DNA of 64,000 nucleotides from Candidatus Nanopelagicus sp. (GTDB lineage: Bacteria; Actinomycetota; Actinomycetes; Nanopelagicales; Nanopelagicaceae), in NCBI GenBank assembly GCA_044353095.1, contig JBILCN010000001.1, positions 11,484 to 75,483 of the forward strand, read 5' to 3'. Below the pieces are notes generated by a model. That model was given only the letters and a program-made list of their open reading frames with translations. It was not told the DNA's origin and searched no databases. The position numbers and the translations under genes were made by a program. Below, piece by piece: positions 1-8,865 of the stretch. Each line of letters starts with the position of its first letter. The first letter of the stretch is position 1.

Positions 1-57
1 GGCAATAAGTGCCACAGTTATCGTTAAGTATTTTTTATTTACCTGTAAATTTTTCAT
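1..57 (-). CDS. 5' end of a probable secreted/membrane protein, running off the window edge
   Basis: ATG at 57-55 overlaps the TGA of the upstream glycosyltransferase (TGATG). It reads MKNLQVNKKYLTITVALIA..., which is signal-peptide-like. Not in the ORF track. Confidence 0.55.
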   Translation of the reverse strand, partial: MKNLQVNKKYLTITVALIA

Positions 58-3000
58 CAAACTAGCTCCTCAAGCGGAACTTCTTTTCGCTTTCTTCCTG
101 CTGGCAGAGCTAGAACTATCAGAGTTAGAAGTGAGATCAACTGCAATGAAACCCAGCCACGTCTTGCAGTTCCATCATGAAGTAATGAAATCTCTCCTGG
201 CATATCAATCACAAATGCCGGTACACCAAACTCTGACTTGCCTAAGGTGATACTTCTGCCATCTAGTAATAATCGCCATGCCTTATCGTATTTCTCAGCC
301 AACAAAATAGTGCCAGGCTTTGCTGCATATACGGTGGCAGAGTTGTCATCGATTGCAAGTGAAAATCTTTGACCTTTGTCATCAACCAAAGTGATTCTGG
401 CATTTGAATTGTTTACTTTCCAAACAACACCATCTTTAGTTTCAGAAGATCTAGTAAATCCCCCGATGCCATCTATGGTTCTGATCAATGCGACATCAGC
501 CGGATTCTTAATGAAAATATATTGAACGCCATATTGGCCAAGAACCGCACTGCTATTTGCTCCAGTTCCGCTAACTAGATCTGAGATTGCCTGCTGAATT
601 GGTGCTGGTGTACTAGAAGACATATCTGGATCACCAAGTTGAAGATCCCCACCCCTAGTAATGAAGTACTGCAACTGTTCAACATTTTTGCGCATCACCA
701 AAGTTTTTGGCTTCTCACCTGTTCCTGCTAAATCGGTAATAAAAGCTGGAATAACTAACTCTTGATTTGATCTTGCTAAGGAGTTAGCTCCTATTGTTGC
801 AGCCCAGATTGGGAAAACAATTAATGAGAGCGCAGTAATGATCGCAGTTACTGCGCTTAAAAAGTGTTGATATCCAATATTCTTATTACGCAATATTGGC
901 AATAACCTTTCAAATAATGAGAAGGCGGCGAGTAATGCTAATAATTGAGCAAAGATTATTAGTGGACCGGTCCAGATTTGCTGAGCTGCGCTTCCATTTC
1001 CTACGACATAGTAAGTAGATAAGGTCGCCGCAACGAAAATACTTATTATTCCAAGTATTCCAAAATCTCGATGGTTAGGTGTTATCAGTGAGATTAAAAG
1101 AAACAGTGCAAATGGTGAAATCAAATACCATGCTGGTGATGAAACTCCGCCTGGATTAAAGCTTAGAACCGAAAAGAAGCCAGAGCTAGCAAGAGATAAA
1201 CCAGGTTCAACTAAACCTCGAATTGGGTGAAATAAAAAGGAGAATGCCCATGGAACATTCATCGCAAAAGGTGCAATCACCAGTACTGCCTGATTTTTAA
1301 TCTTCTTATTTCCTAAATTTTTTAATATCTCCGAACCATTTATACTCTTCCAATTTGGTGAGTCAAAGTAATAATTCTTTAAAATAAAATATAAATTCAA
1401 TACGAGCCAGCTAATGGCAAATAATGGTGAGAAGGCGACAGCGATTCCTGCAACTAAACAGATGCTGGCTAATCTGCGAAGAGATAACTCTGAAAGTGAT
1501 GAGTTTTTAATAAACAGGTTGAAGAGAATTGGCAGAATAAAGGCGATTGCTAAGGTGCCAACTCTTCCTTGGTTAATCGAGGTTAAAACTACGGGTGAAA
1601 ATGCATAAAGAAGAGCGGCGGTAAATGCAGAGTAGCGTTGTAATTTAAAATTAATCGCGACTCGATAGAAAATTATGAAGCACAGGGTTGGTGCCAGGAA
1701 GAAGATTAAGGATAGGAAAGTTTGCGGATTTCCTAGAGTAATAATTGAGGAGATTGCAACTAATGGCAACCAAGTAGGAACCGCCGTTGAGCTTCCCAAA
1801 CCTACTAAATGCCATGAATCTACATACCGCTTGATTAACTCCATTGCTGAATCTGGCGCAACAGGCAGTGCACCACCAGCCAGAGAGCCAAATCTATTTC
1901 TTGCATAAAAAATTGAAATGGTAATTGTGATCAAGATTCCAAAGAGCATCGGCTGCTTTGCTAATGATCTCAATTTTGAGAAGCTCTTAGTTGGTGCAAA
2001 TTGCAACTCATCAAAGCTCTCATCAATTAAACCAATATCGGAGTAGCTCTTGGTCACTATTGCTTGGTCTTGATTTTTGCCAAATTTAAATGCATTAAAA
2101 ATTGATGATGAGATTCGCTCAAGGGTCAATCGATATCTAACACTTCTTGAGGGAATAAAAGGTTTGATTACTCGGGCACTTAAATACTTGCCCTCTTTGC
2201 GATACCTTCTAGATTTAATTAAATCAGCGGGCTTAAAGATTAATAGCGCGATCGCAGCAATTTCATCTGCGGCATATCCTGGCAATTTTGCTAGTAAGTA
2301 AATTATGGAGCGCCCGATTGCAGTAAAGAGCAGTTGCACTGCAACCCATGGCAAAATCCATCGACTTGAATTTGCTAATAAAACAAAGGCTGCATTTCGG
2401 CGATCTAATAGCAATGGCCGGTGAAGTAGCGCATCCCGTACATCAACACTTCTGCGTTCAGATGCGGCGGCTTCTGCGTGATACAAAATCGCCTCTCCTA
2501 CGCAAATTACAGAGTAGCCAGCGATATGAGCCCGCCAACCTAAATCCACATCATCTCTAAATAATTCAAGGCTTGGATCAAAACCACCAAGCTCCTCATA
2601 TAGCGAGCGCTTAATCAACATTCCGGCTGTACTTACAGCCAGCACCATTTTGGTTTCATCATGTTGACCTTGATCATGTTCGCGCTCTTCTAAACCTGTC
2701 CAGCGAGAACCATTTTCAGTAATGCTGATGCCAGTTTCTAAAATATGTTTACGGTCATACCAACCTAGAATTTTCGGACCGGCAATTCCAACTTGTGGTC
2801 GTTCTAGGACAGCAGTTAATAATTGTTTTAACGCTTGTCGATCTGGTGCACAATCATCATGCAAAATCCACAGCCACTCATTGCTCTCCCCTTGTGCATT
2901 AATTTGTAATTTTGGAAGGGTTGCAACCGCCGCGGCAATCGCTGAACCAAAGCCAGCTTCACGATCTTGTTCAATTACCTTAATGCCGGCATTTCGCAAT

Positions 3001-3161
3001 AATTTTGGCGAACCATCAATTGAGCCATTATCAACTGCGATTATCTGATCGATCTTTAATTTTTGTGAAGAGAGTGAGGCGACTACCTCGCTCAGCCAGG
3101 TAACTCCATCATGGGAAACAATGATGGCGGTGACATTTTGCTCAGTTAATTCGGCGCTCAC
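57..3161 (-). CDS. Large GT2 glycosyltransferase fused to a multi-pass membrane domain and a C-terminal extracellular region
   Basis: N-terminal GT-A motifs (IIVSHDG, VDNGSID, WLWILHDD, GGFD..L..F.DDVDLGWR) are followed by many hydrophobic helices. It lies just downstream of whiB, as in other actinobacteria. Start moved from 3179 to GTG 3161 because TACGGT-N6-GTG fits a leaderless promoter. Confidence 0.85.
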   Translation of the reverse strand: MSAELTEQNVTAIIVSHDGVTWLSEVVASLSSQKLKIDQIIAVDNGSIDGSPKLLRNAGIKVIEQDREAGFGSAIAAAVATLPKLQINAQGESNEWLWILHDDCAPDRQALKQLLTAVLERPQVGIAGPKILGWYDRKHILETGISITENGSRWTGLEEREHDQGQHDETKMVLAVSTAGMLIKRSLYEELGGFDPSLELFRDDVDLGWRAHIAGYSVICVGEAILYHAEAAASERRSVDVRDALLHRPLLLDRRNAAFVLLANSSRWILPWVAVQLLFTAIGRSIIYLLAKLPGYAADEIAAIALLIFKPADLIKSRRYRKEGKYLSARVIKPFIPSRSVRYRLTLERISSSIFNAFKFGKNQDQAIVTKSYSDIGLIDESFDELQFAPTKSFSKLRSLAKQPMLFGILITITISIFYARNRFGSLAGGALPVAPDSAMELIKRYVDSWHLVGLGSSTAVPTWLPLVAISSIITLGNPQTFLSLIFFLAPTLCFIIFYRVAINFKLQRYSAFTAALLYAFSPVVLTSINQGRVGTLAIAFILPILFNLFIKNSSLSELSLRRLASICLVAGIAVAFSPLFAISWLVLNLYFILKNYYFDSPNWKSINGSEILKNLGNKKIKNQAVLVIAPFAMNVPWAFSFLFHPIRGLVEPGLSLASSGFFSVLSFNPGGVSSPAWYLISPFALFLLISLITPNHRDFGILGIISIFVAATLSTYYVVGNGSAAQQIWTGPLIIFAQLLALLAAFSLFERLLPILRNKNIGYQHFLSAVTAIITALSLIVFPIWAATIGANSLARSNQELVIPAFITDLAGTGEKPKTLVMRKNVEQLQYFITRGGDLQLGDPDMSSSTPAPIQQAISDLVSGTGANSSAVLGQYGVQYIFIKNPADVALIRTIDGIGGFTRSSETKDGVVWKVNNSNARITLVDDKGQRFSLAIDDNSATVYAAKPGTILLAEKYDKAWRLLLDGRSITLGKSEFGVPAFVIDMPGEISLLHDGTARRGWVSLQLISLLTLIVLALPAGRKRKEVPLEELV

Positions 3162-3237
3162 TGAAACACCGTATTGCATCTATACATAACGTGAGAAGTT
3201 AGGTGTTTAACTGTATTGAAAAAACTTTTACGCAGCT

Positions 3238-3504
3238 TTACGCTGGACGACGCTTTAATCTGCGACGCTCGCGCTCAGATAAGCCGCCCCAAATACCGAA
3301 TCGCTCATCATGGGCCAATGCGTACTCGAGGCACTCAGATCGAACATCACAGGAAAGGCAGACTCGCTTAGCCTCACGGGTGGAACCACCCTTTTCTGGG
3401 AAAAATGCTTCTGGATCGGTCTGCGCACATAAGGCGCGCTCCTGCCAAGAAAGGCCTTCCGAGGAGATGACTAGGGCTGGTAACTCTGCGCGTGCTTCGG
3501 ACAT
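3238..3504 (-). CDS. whiB: WhiB-family Fe-S transcription regulator, WhiB/WhiB2 (WhmD) type
   Basis: WQERALCAQTDPEAFFPEKGGSTREAKRVC..C.VRSECLEYAL..DERFGIWGGLSERERR: four Cys plus the G[IV]WGG turn. SD GAAGGAG upstream. Confidence 0.95.
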   Translation of the reverse strand: MSEARAELPALVISSEGLSWQERALCAQTDPEAFFPEKGGSTREAKRVCLSCDVRSECLEYALAHDERFGIWGGLSERERRRLKRRPA

Positions 3505-3556
3505 AACGCTCCTTCTAATCTTTGTGGCCCCATTAATGGGTAACCGCTATAGGAGA

Positions 3557-3585
3557 ATTACACGCATGTAAGTACTTTAAGTCAA
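3557..3585 (-). promoter_or_regulatory. Candidate sigma-A type promoter of whiB
   Basis: Minus strand reads TTGACT-N17-TGTAAT (3585-3580, 3562-3557). Confidence 0.45.
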
Positions 3586-3621
3586 GTTGGGAGGGGGTGG
3601 ATTCTGAGCCTAATTTAAGAG

Positions 3622-4593
3622 TTAAAACCCCAAATAATTATTTACTACGACAGTTCCGGCTGGAATTTTACAATTTGGAGCAATAAAAGAATCAATTACT
3701 TTGCACCCCGCGCCAATTACTGCGCCCTCGCCAATAATTGAACCAGCGATCTCACTTTCACTCTCAACTACTACTTTAGGCTGAACAAATGAGCCATCAG
3801 AAATTATGCAGCCATCTGCCACTGTTGCATCTGCGCTAATTATTGAGTCACCGGCATGAGATGGAGTAGCTGGTGAAAAAACATTTCCGGTAATTAAATC
3901 CTTTGAGGCCTTAATCAAAGCGGCAGGAGTACCAATATCTAGCCAGTATGAAGAGTCAACAAAACCAAAAACTTTTTTGTCGGCAGCTAATAATTGCGGA
4001 AAGCTTTCGCGTTCAACTGAGACAACTCGCTCGGATGGAATCTCATCAATCACTGCACGATTAAACACATAGCAGCCAGCGTTAATTAAATTACTTGGTG
4101 GCGTATCTGATTTCTCGAGGAAGGATTTAACCCGATCACCTGGCAGTAATTCTACGCAACCATAAGCCCGAGCATCTGCAACCTGGGTTAAGTAAAGTGT
4201 TACATCTGCCTGCATCTGTTCGTGAAATCTGATTTGCGCACTTAGATCATGTGCACTTAGTACATCGCCATTAAAGATTACTACCTGATCCGCTGGTGAT
4301 AACAGGCTAGCTGCATTTCGAATCGCACCACCTGTACCCAAAGCGACCTCTTCAACTGCATATTTAATTTTGATGCCAAATGCTGATCCATCACCAAAGT
4401 AAGGTTTGAATACCTCAGCCAAATATGAGGTAGCTAAAACAATTTCTGAAATACCTGCTGCTCGGGCTTTTGCTATTTGATGCTCGGTAAATGGAACACC
4501 CCCTACTGGCAGCATTGGTTTAGGTGTTTTATTTGTAATTGGTTGTAGTCGAGTTCCCATTCCCCCAACCAGTAAAATTGCAGCAGTTTTCAT
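3622..4593 (-). CDS. NDP-sugar pyrophosphorylase, probable mannose-1-phosphate guanylyltransferase
   Basis: LLVGGMGTRLQPIT..TPKPMLPV motif, GTGGAI, YWLDIGTP, and C-terminal hexapeptide repeats. ATGA overlap with the dapC stop. Confidence 0.85.
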   Translation of the reverse strand: MKTAAILLVGGMGTRLQPITNKTPKPMLPVGGVPFTEHQIAKARAAGISEIVLATSYLAEVFKPYFGDGSAFGIKIKYAVEEVALGTGGAIRNAASLLSPADQVVIFNGDVLSAHDLSAQIRFHEQMQADVTLYLTQVADARAYGCVELLPGDRVKSFLEKSDTPPSNLINAGCYVFNRAVIDEIPSERVVSVERESFPQLLAADKKVFGFVDSSYWLDIGTPAALIKASKDLITGNVFSPATPSHAGDSIISADATVADGCIISDGSFVQPKVVVESESEIAGSIIGEGAVIGAGCKVIDSFIAPNCKIPAGTVVVNNYLGF

Positions 4594-5636
4594 GCGCTGA
4601 TCCGCTCTGCAACTGATTTGATGTTCTCATCACTTGCCGTCAATGCAATTCGAATAAAGCTCTTGTCCCCATAAAAACTTCCTGGTGTGACTAAAACACC
4701 AAGTGAGGCAAACCAATCAACACTTTGCCAACAATCCTCATTACGAGTGCACCAGATGTATAAACCAGCTTCACTGTATTTAATTGTGAAACCACTCTTT
4801 TCTAGCGCCGGCTTTAAAACCTTGCGACGATTTTGGTATCGAGCTGATTGCTCCTGAATATGGATCTCATCAGATAGGGCAGCTACCATCGCATTTTGAA
4901 CTGGTAGCGGCACCATCATTCCTGCGTGCTTGCGAATCTGGCGGATTTCATCAATTAACAATGGATCTCCAACAATAAATGCTGCACGATAGCCGGCTAG
5001 GTTTGAACGTTTAGAGAGTGAGTGCACCGCAATCAAATTTTTGTTATCTCCATCAGCGAATGCCAAAATTGATTTGGCATCATTGCTGAAACTTAAATAG
5101 CACTCATCACTTGCAACCACTGCGTTATTGCGCCGAGCCCAGGCAATTACCGCTCTAAGTTGGTCCTCACTTTGTACCTGCCCCGTTGGATTAGATGGTG
5201 AGTTGATCCAAGCTAAATCTGCTGTGGGCCAAGTGCTGGCATCAATATCTACCGCCTGTGAATTACTTTTCGAAATTTTGCTGCCGACTAGGTATGTTGG
5301 ATAGGCAACTGCTGGATACAAAACCATTTTACTTTCAAGAAAGGTTGGCAACCAGGCAACTAACTCCTTTGAACCAATTACTGGTAGAACATCAAACTCA
5401 CCACTAACTCCTAAATTTGCTTTTGCCCACTTTGAAATCACTTCGCGAAGTTGCGGAGTGCCGGCGGTTAATGGATAACTTGGTGAGTTGGCTGATTTTA
5501 TAAACGCATCTTGAATAAATTTTGGCGTGGCATCAACTGGTGTTCCTTGAGATAAATCAATAAATCCCGAGGGATGCTGTTTAGCTTTTTCACCGTAGGG
5601 TGCAAGTAGATCCCAGGGAAAATCTGGAAGATTCAG
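4590..5636 (-). CDS. dapC: Succinyldiaminopimelate transaminase (PLP, class I/II)
   Basis: WINSPSNPTG, SDECY, HSLSKRSNLAGYRAAF. The frame extends 65 codons upstream of the ORF-track start and includes the conserved LPDFPWD...DLSQGTPVD N-terminus. The only possible start in that stretch is CTG 5636. Adjacent to fdxA. Confidence 0.85.
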   Translation of the reverse strand: MNLPDFPWDLLAPYGEKAKQHPSGFIDLSQGTPVDATPKFIQDAFIKSANSPSYPLTAGTPQLREVISKWAKANLGVSGEFDVLPVIGSKELVAWLPTFLESKMVLYPAVAYPTYLVGSKISKSNSQAVDIDASTWPTADLAWINSPSNPTGQVQSEDQLRAVIAWARRNNAVVASDECYLSFSNDAKSILAFADGDNKNLIAVHSLSKRSNLAGYRAAFIVGDPLLIDEIRQIRKHAGMMVPLPVQNAMVAALSDEIHIQEQSARYQNRRKVLKPALEKSGFTIKYSEAGLYIWCTRNEDCWQSVDWFASLGVLVTPGSFYGDKSFIRIALTASDENIKSVAERISA

Positions 5637-5642
5637 GGAGTT

Positions 5643-5963
5643 CTACTTTTCTTGTGGAGGAAGTGCGGTAACTGTTGGATGATCTTTTCCAACTGCGCCC
5701 ATCTTTGCAGCTCCACCAGGTGAGCCGATTTCAACAAAAAATTTACTATTTACTTCACTGAAATCTTTCCATTGTGATGGCACATCATCTTCATAATAAA
5801 TTGCTTCGACCGGACATACTGGTTCGCACGCACCGCAATCTACGCACTCATCAGGTTGGATATAAAGCATGCGATCGCCCTCATAAATACAATCTACGGG
5901 ACACTCTTCAATGCAAGATTTATCCTTCACATCAACACATGGTTGAGCGATTATGTAAGTCAT
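5643..5963 (-). CDS. fdxA: 7Fe ferredoxin (3Fe-4S/4Fe-4S)
   Basis: MTYIIAQPCVDVKDKSCIEECPVDCIYEG...CVDCGACEPVCPVEAI. SD-like GAAAGG upstream. Confidence 0.95.
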   Translation of the reverse strand: MTYIIAQPCVDVKDKSCIEECPVDCIYEGDRMLYIQPDECVDCGACEPVCPVEAIYYEDDVPSQWKDFSEVNSKFFVEIGSPGGAAKMGAVGKDHPTVTALPPQEK

Positions 5964-6052
5964 GTGCGCCTTTCACTCATAAACTCAGTTTTTAGTACCA
6001 GTAAGATACACAATACCGCCACTAAGCCTCATACTTTAGTTGAAGGAGCAGC

Positions 6053-6235
6053 ATGCAGCCATCAGCGGCTCAAATCGGCCAGCGAGTAAGTATCCGCTTG
6101 CATGATCCAGAGGGTGGTTACCGTGATTTATTGGGCACCTTAGAAAGTGCCACACAGGTAAGAAAGAAAGATGGCTCTTTGGTTACCTTCGACCCAGCAA
6201 AGATCGCAATGTGGAAGGTCGTTCCACCAAAATGA
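6053..6235 (+). CDS. Small protein resembling the SH3-like N-terminal domain of actinobacterial GNAT acetyltransferases
   Basis: IGQRVSIRL...YRDLLGTLE...VRKKDG.LVTF. Strong SD GAAGGAG; stop overlaps the cysS start (ATGA). Confidence 0.6.
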   Translation: MQPSAAQIGQRVSIRLHDPEGGYRDLLGTLESATQVRKKDGSLVTFDPAKIAMWKVVPPK

Positions 6236-7632
6236 TTGAGACCAAAATTCAAGTATTTGATACTAAATCTCGAATGAATCAAAGCTTAAAAATCAGCAAT
6301 GACAAATTCATTCGAATATATGGATGTGGACCTACCGTTTATCGAGATGCTCATGTTGGAAATATGCGCACCTTTTTGCTGGCTGATAACATAATTAGAT
6401 TAAGTGATTTTTTAGGTTATGAAGTTAAGTTCATCCAAAACATTACAGATGTTGGACATATGTCCGAAGATTTCGCTGAGGACAAAATACTGGCACAGGC
6501 AAAGCTAGAGGCAAAAGATCCATTTGAAGTAGCAAAGATATATGAGGCTAGATTTCATCAAGATTTAAAAAATTTAAATATATTGCAAGCAGCCATGTAT
6601 CCAAAGGCCAGTGAGTCGATTGATTTAATGATTGATTTGATTACCGTGTTAATTGATAAAGGCCATGCGTACTTAGCTGAAGATGATTGTGTGTATTTCT
6701 CTGCAGAATCTTTTCCATCTTATGGCGCAATAAGTGGAAATCGATTGACAGCGCTAAAGCCAGGTCATAAACATGATCACACCGAAGATGGAGCAAAGAG
6801 ATTTCATGCAGATTGGGCCTTATGGAAAGCCGCTGCAGGAAGAACAGAGATGATTTGGCCTTCACCTTGGGGTCCAGGCTTTCCTGGTTGGCATATCGAG
6901 TGCTCGGCAATGTCACTTAAGTATTTAGAAAACTTTGTTGACCTACATCTAGGTGGAATTGATCTGCGTTTTCCACATCATGAAAATGAACGAGCCCAAT
7001 CAAATGCTGCAATTAATGATGAAGCGGTGGCACTTTGGGTTCATGGTGAGCATCTGCTCTTTGAAGGACGCAAGATGTCAAAAAGTTCTCAAAATGTTGT
7101 TCTGGTAAAGGATTTAATTGAGAAAAATCTAGATCCGCTCGCGCTGCGCCTATGTTTTCTAGAAAATAGATATCGAAGCCAAATGGATCTAACCTGGCAA
7201 TCAATTATTGCAGCCAATACATTATTAGAGCGTTGGCGAAATAAAATCATGCAATGGAGTACTGCTGCAGATGCTAACTCTGAAAATGTAAAATCCTACG
7301 TTGATGCGATCGTGCAGGATTTCACTTTAGATTTAGATACACCGCGCGCGTTGCAAAAATTACGAGAGCTCGAGAAATCAACGCAATTCTCCGATGGCAG
7401 TAAGTATGAAATTTTTATTCAGGTAGATCAATTATTTGGTTTAGATTTAAAACGCGCGCCTAAAGCGGTAGCGCAATTAACAGTTGAACAGGCAGGATTA
7501 TTGGCAGATCGAGCTGCTGCTAGGGCCAGCGGGAATTTTGCAGAGAGTGATCGATTACGAGAAATGTTAAAGCTTGAGGGTATTGAGGTTAGAGATAATC
7601 CCGACGGGCAAAGCTGGACTTGGGCACTCTAG
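6232..7632 (+). CDS. cysS: Cysteine--tRNA ligase
   Basis: CGPTVY, HVGN (HIGH), PGWHIECSAM, DLRFPHHENE, KMSKS, and a C-terminal anticodon-binding region. Start ATG 6232 chosen for the ATGA coupling. Confidence 0.9.
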   Translation: MIETKIQVFDTKSRMNQSLKISNDKFIRIYGCGPTVYRDAHVGNMRTFLLADNIIRLSDFLGYEVKFIQNITDVGHMSEDFAEDKILAQAKLEAKDPFEVAKIYEARFHQDLKNLNILQAAMYPKASESIDLMIDLITVLIDKGHAYLAEDDCVYFSAESFPSYGAISGNRLTALKPGHKHDHTEDGAKRFHADWALWKAAAGRTEMIWPSPWGPGFPGWHIECSAMSLKYLENFVDLHLGGIDLRFPHHENERAQSNAAINDEAVALWVHGEHLLFEGRKMSKSSQNVVLVKDLIEKNLDPLALRLCFLENRYRSQMDLTWQSIIAANTLLERWRNKIMQWSTAADANSENVKSYVDAIVQDFTLDLDTPRALQKLRELEKSTQFSDGSKYEIFIQVDQLFGLDLKRAPKAVAQLTVEQAGLLADRAAARASGNFAESDRLREMLKLEGIEVRDNPDGQSWTWAL

Positions 7633-7936
7633 GAAGTAGAACCGCCAAAACAAGAGTTATAAAGCCTAGAAGTAAAAATAGGTTCCCATAAGTATTTCCA
7701 TAAATTAACAATTCATCTCCTAGGCCAACTGTTGAGCCACGCAGAACAACTGCTAACCAAGAGATAGCGCAAAGCAATTTAAATCTTTTATAGTAATACT
7801 TAATTCCAAGCAGTTTAATTCCTAAATAAGTTACAACCAGAGATGCGATTAAACCTGCTGGTTGCCAAGCGTTATGTAAAAGTGTGGCGGTAAAGCCTAA
7901 GAATGCGCCAAATAATATTGAGTTTAAGTACCTCAT
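7589..7936 (-). CDS. Small membrane protein (DUF6113-like, a typical mshB neighbour)
   Basis: Three to four hydrophobic helices; TAATG overlap with the mshB stop. The family call rests on synteny. Confidence 0.6.
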   Translation of the reverse strand: MRYLNSILFGAFLGFTATLLHNAWQPAGLIASLVVTYLGIKLLGIKYYYKRFKLLCAISWLAVVLRGSTVGLGDELLIYGNTYGNLFLLLGFITLVLAVLLPRVPKSSFARRDYL

Positions 7937-8799
7937 TAATTTACCCCAGCAAATAAATCTAATTCGCGGCCATCTGAATCAAATGGCGCAGCGATTGTGC
8001 CCTTAACCAGGGTGTAATACTCATCAGCCCAAACTGAAAGTCCTAAGTTATCGGAGAGGGCAAAAAATGGACCATCTACTGAGATCTGAGTGGCGTGCGC
8101 CTTCATCGCCATCATTTTTTGTTCTACAAATTCTGGTGCGCTAACTAATGAGGTAACAAATTCATCTGCTTTGGCAAAAGGTAGATCATCAGCACTTTCT
8201 GCGCCAAAGAAATCTGAACCAACCTCTTTCATTTTATCTATGCCGCTTTGAATGACCGATCTTGGCATCGTGTTCCAATAAATTTTTGATATCTCCCAGC
8301 CACTTGCTTTCGCAAGCTCAGCAGCATGCATTGCAACCTGATGTGCTTTTATATGATCGGGATGGCCATAGCCACCAAAATCATCATAAGTAATCATTAC
8401 CTGAGGTTCGATCTCTAAGATAATTTTTACCAACTCATTGGCTGCATCATCTAAATCAGCTTGCCAAAAAACTTGAGCGCCATTGTTTTGTTCAGCACCC
8501 ATCATTCCACTATCGCGCCATTGTTTATTTGGAGCTCCTAAAAATCTAAAATCTGCAACTCCTAGCTCTGCCATCGCATTCTTTAATTCAGTTTCGCGAT
8601 GCTGCCCTAACTTGTCATCTTTATTACTTGCTAAATCAGCTAGCGCAGGAATCAAAACTTCTCCCTCTTCACCTCTTGTACATGTCACAAGAGTTACCGA
8701 TACACCTTCGGCTGCATACTTTGCCATTGTTGCACCATTATTAATCGTCTCATCATCTGGATGCGCATGAACTAATAGGAGGCGTTTTTCTGAACTCAT
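7936..8799 (-). CDS. mshB: N-acetyl-glucosaminyl-inositol deacetylase (mycothiol biosynthesis)
   Basis: LLLVHAHPDDE, VTCTRGEEGE, WRDSGMMG, GGYGHPDHI, AHATQI. Start ATG 8799 supported by TATATT-N6-ATG. Confidence 0.9.
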   Translation of the reverse strand: MSSEKRLLLVHAHPDDETINNGATMAKYAAEGVSVTLVTCTRGEEGEVLIPALADLASNKDDKLGQHRETELKNAMAELGVADFRFLGAPNKQWRDSGMMGAEQNNGAQVFWQADLDDAANELVKIILEIEPQVMITYDDFGGYGHPDHIKAHQVAMHAAELAKASGWEISKIYWNTMPRSVIQSGIDKMKEVGSDFFGAESADDLPFAKADEFVTSLVSAPEFVEQKMMAMKAHATQISVDGPFFALSDNLGLSVWADEYYTLVKGTIAAPFDSDGRELDLFAGVN

Positions 8800-8865
8800 G
8801 CGCTGAATATAACCTGAGATCATGGCAAATTCCCGTTAGATAAATCTGTCTATTAAGATAAGCAA

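Noticed and set aside
3203-3571. 122-aa plus-strand ORF spanning whiB
   Set aside because: Antisense to the well-supported whiB; no family features.
6232-7632. Calling the CysRS-like gene mshC because it neighbours mshB
   Set aside because: It has CysRS motifs (CGPTVY, HHENE) and an anticodon-binding domain, which MshC lacks.
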